DNA from: a virus
Lineage: Duplodnaviria; Caudoviricetes
IMG/VR virus record: IMGVR_UViG_3300027917_004314
Reading direction: 5' to 3' (one strand)
Length of the DNA: 64,000 nucleotides
Shown: in pieces, positions 30,142 to 38,050 of the stretch
How positions within the stretch are numbered: the stretch's first letter is position 1
Layout: every line of letters starts with the position of its first letter
Program-made: the position numbers and the translations under genes
Notes under the pieces: generated by a model
The model's input: only the letters and a program-made list of their open reading frames with translations
Database searches by the model: none
Told to the model about the DNA's origin: nothing

Positions 30142-32892
30142 ATGCGCAATTTAAATATAGGCGGATCTTGGGAGGAAGAGTTCTATAAGATAGCATCTGA
30201 GAAAGGATGGATCGTAAAAGAAGCTGTTGAGCCCGAGCCCGCAACAGCACAAGAAGAAGGTTTGGAGTTCGAGCCGACTGTGGTTAGTGTGCCTAGGGCT
30301 GGGAAAACTATTTGGGATTTGCAGCAGATTCTTCAAGTAACGGTACCTACCATGCCGCTTAGCAAAGAGGGGGGGCCGGATGGTAAGTGGGGTCCTATGA
30401 CAGCCAGAGCATGGAATGCGCTGGCTAGTCAAGTTAACGCCAAGAAGGGAGATTTGGTGTTGACGGATGTCAACCCAGATGGTAGCGAACTTCCGATTTT
30501 AGACCAAATGAGGTGGGTTATAGCAGGGATGCCAAGTGGCACTTCCGAAGATATAGTTAAGGAGCTTCAAGGTGCCGGTGCTGCTGCAAAGGTGGACGAT
30601 GATATGAAAACTACAGCCTTTATAGTTCAAGAACTGATTTCTTTAGCTGGCGACCTAGAAGAAATGGGAGAAGTCGAGGCCGCTGTAGCTGTCGATAAAC
30701 AAATATCCATTTATAAGGAAGCGCTGGATAAGTTGTATGATGTAACTGGTGAAACAGGAGAACAGCTTGTCGAGCAGGCTCATCCGGGCGGCGGCCCTAC
30801 TATTGTCCCGGCAAAGGAAGAGGGCGGCAAAGTCGAGACTATTGTAGAAGAACAGAAGAAAAGTATCGACAAGGCAACTAAGAAGCCTACTGGTAAATAT
30901 GCCCAACTGATGCTTAATCTAATTGCTACCGCCAATAGCCTTGAGGATGAGGGTAGGACAGAAGAAGCCCAAATGGTGGATCAAACATTACGAGAACTGT
31001 TAGAGACACCCCCTTTCGCGGGTAGGGGTACAGCTTCCGAGACGGCTGGCTCCGAGGATTCGAAAGTCTCGGGCTTAGAGAAAACAGCGTTTATACAAGA
31101 GGGCATTCCTAGCGATATTAAAGACTTTCTCGGTCACCTTCGAGAGGATAAAGGAAATGTTGATAGGTTATATTGGCCTGCAATGGATGGGGTTATAAAC
31201 AAGCTTTCTCCACACATTGCCATATTTGAAAGAGTCGAAAAGTTAGATTTTACTAAAGAAGCAAATGTTAAGAAAGCTCAAAGAGCGGCTGTATTGTTGT
31301 ATAAAACTTTATTGCAGGCGCTTGGACCGGTATATACCATTGCAGAAAATAACAGATTATTAAGTAGAGGTATGATTCTTAAAAAGAGATTTTATGATAT
31401 TTTTACCTCTTTGAAGGAATTGCTTAGCGGTGCCTCATATGCAGCTAAAGAATTTGGTCCGAAAAAAGCTCCAAAACCGGCTCCGGCTGTCGCCAAGAAG
31501 CCTGAGTCTCAAATCCTTAGAAATTATAGGTCTGCTTTGCGAAGAGTGCTTAAAGTAATGGAAAACCCTGATTATAAGCTTCTGAATATTCTTGGTAAGG
31601 GTGATAGAAAAGCTGGCAGGCGCAAAGCTTTTGAAATTGAGAATATAATAAAAACAGAACTAAAGAAACACTACGATAAAATCCAGGCTGGAGACAGACT
31701 CGATGCGCTTTATAACAAAACTATAAAGCCCCTACAGACCCATGGAATTATTATTGCCTCGGCAAAGGAAGAGCTTGTAAAGGAAGCTGATCTTGGAATT
31801 TCTATTGCACCCAAGGAAAAGCCATCAAAGAAAAGGCCCGCGAAAGGTAAAGCCGTAGAGATAGATCCATTGGTGAAGACGTTTCAACAGGCAGCGATGG
31901 CGCTACATGGGCCAAATGCAGTCGGACCAAAGAAAGATGATGGTAAGTGGGGGCCTAGCACGAAAGGTGCCTATGAAAAGGTGATGGCTGAACTTCGTAA
32001 GGTAAAGCCAGATGCAAAAGTTTTCCCGGCACAACCAACGCCGCAATCGTTGAACTGGGGTATATATATTGCAGAACGGTTGGCTCAAATGAAAGGTGCT
32101 GCTCTTGGTTTGCCGCAAGATATGGACATTCCATATACAGATAAAATAAAGTTCAAGCTTAGAGAACTCGCAGATCCGAGAGCTTTTCTTACTACACTAG
32201 CTGGATTTAGGACGCAAAATGTTCTACCCGATGTACATACCGGAGAAGAAACCGCAGAAGCTTTTACAATACTTGCAAAGTTGTATAACAAACTTACTAG
32301 AGGCAAGGAATATAGAGAAAATCTAACGTTTAGTAGTGGAGTTGTCGGAGTTGCCGACAAGGCCGCAAAAGTTGTTTTTGATACTTTTAAGCAATTATAT
32401 AACATGCCTGGTGGCAAACAGAGTTATGAGGGATTGGTTAAAAAGAGAACGCCCGCAGCAAAAAAGGCTCCAAAGAAAACTCCAGAAGCACGCATGGATT
32501 TGTCATGGGCGGCACCAGGGCGCGAAAGAACCGAAGAGTTAGATACACCAGATAAAGTCGCTGTAGCGATTCGCGGATTGCCATTTATGGAGTTCTTGGC
32601 TCAAGTAGATGCATTTGAAGAAATCGCTTTGAACGCATCTAGATATGACAAAAGTCTTCGTGGATTTTGGGGCGAGACGGTTCCATATGGAAGTGAAACT
32701 CCCAAACAACGAAGAGAAGTGGCAAGGAAATTTTTGAAAAAACTTAAGACCAGAGCTGGACGTCTATATAGCGCTTTGGGCAGGGTTCAAGGAGAGTTTT
32801 TAGCTAAATATAACAAAAGGGATTTCTTAAATTTTGTACACCACATGCAGACTTATTTTGTAGCATTGAGGCAATTAGCAGAGGCATTATGA
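30142..32892 (+). CDS. Putative ejection/internal protein with two hairpin tags, two PG-binding-like motifs and candidate -1 frameshift
   Basis: DGKWGPMT and DGKWGPST motifs; tags at 30634 and 30919; C_CCT_TTC at 31011. Confidence 0.75.
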   Translation: MRNLNIGGSWEEEFYKIASEKGWIVKEAVEPEPATAQEEGLEFEPTVVSVPRAGKTIWDLQQILQVTVPTMPLSKEGGPDGKWGPMTARAWNALASQVNAKKGDLVLTDVNPDGSELPILDQMRWVIAGMPSGTSEDIVKELQGAGAAAKVDDDMKTTAFIVQELISLAGDLEEMGEVEAAVAVDKQISIYKEALDKLYDVTGETGEQLVEQAHPGGGPTIVPAKEEGGKVETIVEEQKKSIDKATKKPTGKYAQLMLNLIATANSLEDEGRTEEAQMVDQTLRELLETPPFAGRGTASETAGSEDSKVSGLEKTAFIQEGIPSDIKDFLGHLREDKGNVDRLYWPAMDGVINKLSPHIAIFERVEKLDFTKEANVKKAQRAAVLLYKTLLQALGPVYTIAENNRLLSRGMILKKRFYDIFTSLKELLSGASYAAKEFGPKKAPKPAPAVAKKPESQILRNYRSALRRVLKVMENPDYKLLNILGKGDRKAGRRKAFEIENIIKTELKKHYDKIQAGDRLDALYNKTIKPLQTHGIIIASAKEELVKEADLGISIAPKEKPSKKRPAKGKAVEIDPLVKTFQQAAMALHGPNAVGPKKDDGKWGPSTKGAYEKVMAELRKVKPDAKVFPAQPTPQSLNWGIYIAERLAQMKGAALGLPQDMDIPYTDKIKFKLRELADPRAFLTTLAGFRTQNVLPDVHTGEETAEAFTILAKLYNKLTRGKEYRENLTFSSGVVGVADKAAKVVFDTFKQLYNMPGGKQSYEGLVKKRTPAAKKAPKKTPEARMDLSWAAPGRERTEELDTPDKVAVAIRGLPFMEFLAQVDAFEEIALNASRYDKSLRGFWGETVPYGSETPKQRREVARKFLKKLKTRAGRLYSALGRVQGEFLAKYNKRDFLNFVHHMQTYFVALRQLAEAL
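31011..31073 (+). promoter_or_regulatory. Candidate programmed -1 ribosomal frameshift signal (slippery heptamer + pseudoknot)
   Basis: In-phase C_CCT_TTC 31011-17; 7-nt spacer; stem 31025-35/31044-53; loop CCGAGAC pairs with GTCTCGG 31066-72; -1 TAG at 31023-25. Confidence 0.65.
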
Positions 32893-34046
32893 CCAATATA
32901 TTAACTACTAATAATGACAAGCAAATTATTAGAGAAGCTGACATGTTGGCAAATTTTGTATCTGGTGCTTTAGGTAGAGTTAAAGACGATATCAATTTAA
33001 GGGAGAAGCCCTTTGAGACAATCTTCACCGTAATGACTCCAGTAATTGCCCTCAGGTTTGGGTTTCTTTTAGGTAGTATTATAATTGCCGCTGATTATGC
33101 ATTTGGTGCTGGGCCAAGTGCTCTTGGAAGGATGATAGACAACTACCTCAAGATGGGTGGCGCAAAAGACGTGGCGCAAATGGATCTTTCGGAATCTAAC
33201 CTTGAAAAGGCATCAACGTTTTCTCTAGGACAAATTTGGTCTACGCTACAGTCGAAAGCAGGATTAGAATCTAAATCAACGCTTCAAGATATTATGATGG
33301 TTAAAGGATGTATTACACCAAATGACGTAAAGACAGCCTTTTACGTTGGTTTATATAAAGAATCTCAACCTTGGGGATATAGAAGGCCTTGGTTTGGTAG
33401 TAGATATTCGAGGTATTGGGGTACCAGAAGTGGATTTTTTAGAAGGTTTATGAGTGGTGTAAGGTATGGTGGTAGGCTCCCATTTTTCTCAGCTGCACTG
33501 CTTGGATTGTTAAAAGCAGTTGCTAGCGGCTTGGCGATTTTTATGTTGACCGGCGGCGTTGCTAAAATGGTTGGTCTTAAGAGCAAAAAAGAACGGGAAA
33601 TCCGTAAAGAGACTCCATCTGCTTTCAAGTTTCATGATGACGATCCGTTGCTTCCTAGCAAACTGAAGTCTCAGACAATGCAATATTATTCTAATGTTGC
33701 AGGAGATGTAGAAGATACATTAATAAAATTTTTGGATACTTCGGTAGCCAATTTTTCTAGAGCTTTTCAATCTGTAAATGGAATGCCACTAAAGGGCTCG
33801 GCAAAAATGAAATCTGTTTTACAAGATGTAGAGCTTTTAAATTGGGGCACTTTAAATGAGATTAATAAAAGAAAAGCATTTGTGGCTCCAAGAGTAATTA
33901 ATTTGGCGAAAAAATTATTACCAGAAGCACAATATGAAAGAGTTAAAGCGACACCATTGATAAAGAAGAAGCCGTTGCCGACACCAGTTGAAAAAGAATC
34001 GCCAAAAATTGAGGAGTTGTCGGGACTTCTTCAAGGAGCGCATTAA
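32889..34046 (+). CDS. Putative membrane-spanning ejection protein
   Basis: Two long hydrophobic Gly/Ala-rich segments and an Arg/aromatic-rich tract; lies among tagged internal proteins. Confidence 0.6.
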   Translation: MTNILTTNNDKQIIREADMLANFVSGALGRVKDDINLREKPFETIFTVMTPVIALRFGFLLGSIIIAADYAFGAGPSALGRMIDNYLKMGGAKDVAQMDLSESNLEKASTFSLGQIWSTLQSKAGLESKSTLQDIMMVKGCITPNDVKTAFYVGLYKESQPWGYRRPWFGSRYSRYWGTRSGFFRRFMSGVRYGGRLPFFSAALLGLLKAVASGLAIFMLTGGVAKMVGLKSKKEREIRKETPSAFKFHDDDPLLPSKLKSQTMQYYSNVAGDVEDTLIKFLDTSVANFSRAFQSVNGMPLKGSAKMKSVLQDVELLNWGTLNEINKRKAFVAPRVINLAKKLLPEAQYERVKATPLIKKKPLPTPVEKESPKIEELSGLLQGAH

Positions 34047-35440
34047 TGTACAAAGAATGGGAAAGCAGCGGCGTTATGCAAGAATTTCTAAAAGTCGCTG
34101 CAAAATCGGGTTTGATAACATCAGATCTACAACAAAAAGAACTAGCTGGTAATGCCGACGAGGAGACGCCTGTAAAAGATCACAGGAGATATGAACCTAC
34201 CGAAGAATACGAGCTAGAGGTAGAGGGTGGAAATTTAGTTGAGAAAGCTCACCCAGAACAAGCGTGGACGGCCAAACAAAGTCCCATAATGAATAGTATG
34301 GGCGAAGGAAGTCTTGTAGAAAACATTGAAGAACAGCAAAAAAAAGATATCGAGGTCGCAACCAAGATGCCTAGCGGCGCATTGCCTGGCATTCATGCCT
34401 CGATGGTTTCTGAGTTGATTAAACTTGCTGATCGGCTTGATGGAGAAAACAAGACTAAAGAAGCAGCAAGAATTGATGAAACGATTGAGAGGCTTGGCCG
34501 CCTCCCTTTCGCCGATAGCCGCCCGCGCATTAAAGAAGGCGGTTGGTTTGCGCCAATCGTACTTTTAATTACTACTGTAGCACCACTCGCTTGGGATTAT
34601 TTTTTTAACAAAGGTAAAATAACAACCACTAAAGGCAAACCTGATGTGGGGAAAGGTAGAGTTGTTAGGACAAGGAAAGCTCCAATGGGTAGGGTTGGCA
34701 AAGTTATTACCACAATAGGACTTGGTTTATCAGCGTTAACCTTGCTAGGAAAAAAGATCACAAGCGTGCAAGAAGGCATTAAAAAAGACACGAAAGATCT
34801 ACATGATGTGCTACAAAAGGCAGCACCAGAATCAGCTGCAGCAGCTCAGGCTGCGGCGAAATTAGCACCATATATCAAAGAACTTGAACAAAAGCCAACA
34901 AAGCCAGAAGATTATACGAGATATCGGCAAAAGGTTATAGAACTTAAGAGCTTATTGCCATCTATCAGGAAACACATAGACGACGCATTGTCTACTGACA
35001 TCGAGGCTGGCCTTTGGACATGGACAGGGTTAGATTTACACTCTAGAATAGCTGAAAAATTGAATACTTGGGAAGCCGACCTGGAAGCCGTAAAAACGAA
35101 GGGGGCTAGGTTAGATGCTGTGGCGGCAGAAGAATATCGACGGACGCCAATGGTTATGGAGGGCGTTTATGGTTTGCAACAAGTGCTAACACTAAATGGT
35201 CTGCTTTCTAAAAATCAAATAAGTGGTGCGATGGATGATGTGACGCTTAAAGCGACACAGCAGCTAGAGAAACGCTTAGACACAGACACTGATACTCTCT
35301 ATAGTAAGAAAATTATTAGGCGAAAACCAAAGGATGGTTTTGCTGGCAAAATAGTTAGAAACGGCCAATTGGTTATGAGACCTGAAAAATTGCAGAGGAT
35401 CATAAGTCTTATAGACCAACTTAAAGCCAAAATGGGTTAA
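34046..35440 (+). CDS. Putative ejection/internal protein, N-terminal paralogue of 30142, candidate -1 frameshift
   Basis: WESSGVMQE leader, AHP..ATKMPSG module, LIKLADRLDG tag, C_CCT_TTC at 34504, hydrophobic segments, PG-binding-like LQQVL..SGAMDDVT. Confidence 0.75.
   Translation: MYKEWESSGVMQEFLKVAAKSGLITSDLQQKELAGNADEETPVKDHRRYEPTEEYELEVEGGNLVEKAHPEQAWTAKQSPIMNSMGEGSLVENIEEQQKKDIEVATKMPSGALPGIHASMVSELIKLADRLDGENKTKEAARIDETIERLGRLPFADSRPRIKEGGWFAPIVLLITTVAPLAWDYFFNKGKITTTKGKPDVGKGRVVRTRKAPMGRVGKVITTIGLGLSALTLLGKKITSVQEGIKKDTKDLHDVLQKAAPESAAAAQAAAKLAPYIKELEQKPTKPEDYTRYRQKVIELKSLLPSIRKHIDDALSTDIEAGLWTWTGLDLHSRIAEKLNTWEADLEAVKTKGARLDAVAAEEYRRTPMVMEGVYGLQQVLTLNGLLSKNQISGAMDDVTLKATQQLEKRLDTDTDTLYSKKIIRRKPKDGFAGKIVRNGQLVMRPEKLQRIISLIDQLKAKMG
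34504..34553 (+). promoter_or_regulatory. Candidate programmed -1 ribosomal frameshift signal
   Basis: In-phase C_CCT_TTC 34504-10; stem AGCCGCC/GGCGGTT 34517-23/34538-44; loop GCGCA pairs with TGCGC 34549-53; -1 TAG at 34516-18; GAGG 11 nt upstream. Confidence 0.6.
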
Positions 35441-35528
35441 ATTCTTAACCATTTCAACCAGTTAGTTAATTTACCAAATTATACGCTTTTTTAAGAATAC
35501 GCCATAAGTAGTTAATATTTATAAGAAT

Positions 35529-35538
35529 CTATCAATAT
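35529..35538 (+). promoter_or_regulatory. Putative phage promoter motif CTATCAATAT
   Basis: Intergenic, upstream of decoration protein and major capsid genes. Confidence 0.55.
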
Positions 35539-35617
35539 TAAAATATAGAAATGTAATCCCTGTTAGGGAATTGGATCAAAGACAATAAAATAAAAATCTT
35601 TTCGGAGGATATAGAAC

Positions 35618-36271
35618 ATGGCTCTTTATATTTACCAGTCAGGAGTCCAACCACTAGGACAGTTTGACGCTCTAGATGGCTATCTCGACGGAACTTATGA
35701 CACCATCCTTGGTGGTGAAATTGGCACCGTTTTCGCAGCTGCTAGGACCGTTTCCGCCAGCGAAAAAGCCGCATACGACGTACTTGATGGTTATACCAAC
35801 GCAACTGATCAGTACCGCCCTGCGATCGCTAACAGTATTGATGCATCTACTACACGCCCACTATGGCTACTTGATGATGGTACAGCCGGATATGGCACTC
35901 TGTTTGGCCAGGTAATTGGTACTCCAGTCGGACTTTCCACCACTGGAACCAATCTCGGACCTCACACCGCTGCTGCAAGTGGCAAGGTCACTTGTTGGGA
36001 CAAGCCAGGTCTTTACGCAGTTTCTGTTGACGCAGTTGACACTTCTGCCGACGGTCTGGTACTCACCAACGTTAATTGTGACCCCGCTGCTGCGATTCAG
36101 CCACAGCATGATGGTACTCTGACCGTATCTACAGCTTCTACTGCTGTTGATGTCACAGTTGGTCGATTCATGGAATTTGAGACAAGCCCGTTCTTGGTAA
36201 CCACTCCACCTTCATTGGTCGGTGCTACCGAAGCGGCAGTAAGAGTTGTATTTAGCTACATGGTAGAGTAA
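35618..36271 (+). CDS. Head decoration/cement-like protein (paralogue 2)
   Basis: GGAGG RBS; directly upstream of MCP; ILGGEIG..LLDDG..SGKVTCW..PGLYAV parallels 29070. Confidence 0.7.
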   Translation: MALYIYQSGVQPLGQFDALDGYLDGTYDTILGGEIGTVFAAARTVSASEKAAYDVLDGYTNATDQYRPAIANSIDASTTRPLWLLDDGTAGYGTLFGQVIGTPVGLSTTGTNLGPHTAAASGKVTCWDKPGLYAVSVDAVDTSADGLVLTNVNCDPAAAIQPQHDGTLTVSTASTAVDVTVGRFMEFETSPFLVTTPPSLVGATEAAVRVVFSYMVE

Positions 36272-36306
36272 TAAGAAATAGTAAGAATAAAGACAATAGT
36301 GATTCC

Positions 36307-36338
36307 AAGGATTCCCCCCTCTTAAAGAGGGGGGCCTT
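36307..36338 (+). promoter_or_regulatory. GC-rich stem-loop just upstream of MCP RBS
   Basis: AAGG-ATT-CCCCCCTCT-TAA-AGAGGGGGG-CCTT, followed by AGGAGG at 36351. Confidence 0.7.
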
Positions 36339-36367
36339 AAAAATAACAATAGGAGGACAAAGGCACT

Positions 36368-37399
36368 ATGTCGTTATTTAGTACATATGGAAAACAAGGC
36401 GAGCTGAATGCGAGTTCCGTTAGAGATGCTCTTGCGAACATTGTGAAGTACGCTAGCGTACTTGACGATTTGGCCCCTGCAAACCAGGGTCTAGCGCAAC
36501 AGCCATCCTATACGGATGATCAGCGTAACGAGCTTATTAAGCGCGCTTTGATGACGCAAGAAGGCAAGATTGCTCTTGGCCAGGCAATGGCCAATCCGAT
36601 CCGCAGAAACTTGGATTATCAAGGAGTGGGCCGGAGAGTTTTGGTTGTCGACCCGTTGCCCCAAGGTGCTCTTCCTGTATACGACCGCGATATCGATGTC
36701 GCAGCTACCGTTGTTTCTAGCAATGGTTCTGCTCCAGAGAGCCGCGTGTTCGGTGACAGGGTGACTGTACCTGAGTTTGAGGTTGTTTCTAATCCTACTG
36801 TGCGTATTGCTGAGGTAAGAAGGCGTCGTTTTAACGTGATCGACCGTGCTCAGCAGAAGGCAAGGCAAGAGATCCAGGCACAAGAAGATGCTAACATTTT
36901 CGCGTCCCTCGATTTCGCAGCCGATGCAACGCTTGGTGGAGAGAACACTGCCCAGGATATTGCTGATGCGGGACTTCTAAAGCGTGACCTTTCCGAGATT
37001 AAGGTTCAGGTAGACCGTTGGGACCTTGTAACTACTAAGTTCCTCATGAATATCATTGAATTTAATGACATTCTGAATTGGGCAACTGGTGGTGGCCAAG
37101 GATCTAATGGCGGCGAGGTTGATCCTGTTACGATGAGAGAGATCCTTCAGACTGGTCTATATGCCCACATCTGGGGTGCAGACATCATCGTTTCTAAGAT
37201 CGTCCCAGTCGGAACCGTTTTCGGAACCGCCGATCCAGAGTTCGTAGGTGTTATGCCTGTCCGTCAGGACATCGAGGTACTACCTGCCGATGAGCCCAAG
37301 CAGCTAAAGCTTGGTTGGGTTATCTCTGAGATCATCGGAATCGGCATCGTCAACCCACGCGGTTGCGCTGTTGGTCGTAAGTCTGTTGCTGTTGGCTAA
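36368..37399 (+). CDS. Major capsid protein (HK97 fold)
   Basis: Strong AGGAGG RBS; 343 aa; follows decoration gene; RRNLDYQG..DPLPQGALPVYD, FNVIDRAQ..IQAQED, GWVISEIIGIGIVNP pattern; strong terminator after. Confidence 0.88.
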   Translation: MSLFSTYGKQGELNASSVRDALANIVKYASVLDDLAPANQGLAQQPSYTDDQRNELIKRALMTQEGKIALGQAMANPIRRNLDYQGVGRRVLVVDPLPQGALPVYDRDIDVAATVVSSNGSAPESRVFGDRVTVPEFEVVSNPTVRIAEVRRRRFNVIDRAQQKARQEIQAQEDANIFASLDFAADATLGGENTAQDIADAGLLKRDLSEIKVQVDRWDLVTTKFLMNIIEFNDILNWATGGGQGSNGGEVDPVTMREILQTGLYAHIWGADIIVSKIVPVGTVFGTADPEFVGVMPVRQDIEVLPADEPKQLKLGWVISEIIGIGIVNPRGCAVGRKSVAVG

Positions 37400-37425
37400 T
37401 ACCCAAGTAACTAAAACTTAATAAG

Positions 37426-37465
37426 AAAACGGGCTATCTTGGATGGGTAGCCCGTTTTTACTTTT
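37426..37465 (+). terminator. Rho-independent terminator after MCP
   Basis: AAAACGGGCTA...TAGCCCGTTTT perfect 11-bp stem followed by T-rich tract. Confidence 0.85.
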
Positions 37466-37466
37466 A

Positions 37467-37476
37467 CTATCAATAA
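37467..37476 (+). promoter_or_regulatory. Putative phage promoter motif CTATCAATAA
   Basis: Directly after the MCP terminator, restarting the next block. Confidence 0.6.
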
Positions 37477-37561
37477 TTTAGAATACTATTAACTCATATA
37501 TTAGCGGACTATAGGGTGTTGAGGTTGGTGTAGAGTCAGCGTGTTGGTGGGGGTGTATGAT

Positions 37562-38014
37562 ATGAGTAGTTTTGGTTCTCCAGCTAGATGTTATGGAAAA
37601 ACATATATTGCTAGTGGTGGTAATACAGAATTAATAGATGCGGACACATGGTACCAAATAGATGGTGCCGCTTATAGCAGCACTATTTGCTATTATTTTC
37701 ATCAAACTGATGCTAGTAGTGCTATGCAATATCGTAGGCTAAGTCCAAGAAGAGTTTATTTAAGAGCAACGATATCTGCATCCTCAAACAAAGCAGACAA
37801 CTTTCATTTTGGTTTTGCAAGGAATGGAGCGGTTATTAGTGATAGCTGTATTGATAGGCAGATTAACGCTCTTGGGGAAAAGGCAAGCGTTTCTATAATT
37901 TGGACCTTATGTTTGTACAATAATGATATAGTATCAATAGTGGTAAAATCTACGGTACAGAATAATGCGACTCTAACGACTGACCACGGTGTTTTTGTTG
38001 CAACTAGTATATGA
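37562..38014 (+). CDS. Beta-sandwich structural protein (C1q/TNF-like possible)
   Basis: Alternating beta-strand pattern; ATG 37562. Confidence 0.6.
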   Translation: MSSFGSPARCYGKTYIASGGNTELIDADTWYQIDGAAYSSTICYYFHQTDASSAMQYRRLSPRRVYLRATISASSNKADNFHFGFARNGAVISDSCIDRQINALGEKASVSIIWTLCLYNNDIVSIVVKSTVQNNATLTTDHGVFVATSI

Positions 38015-38050
38015 TACATTCCCCCAAAAAAATGAAATATGGAGGAAAAG

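Noticed and set aside
37506-37514. CTATAGTCC on the minus strand resembling a group I S element
   Set aside because: No accompanying P, Q or R elements and no interrupted gene.
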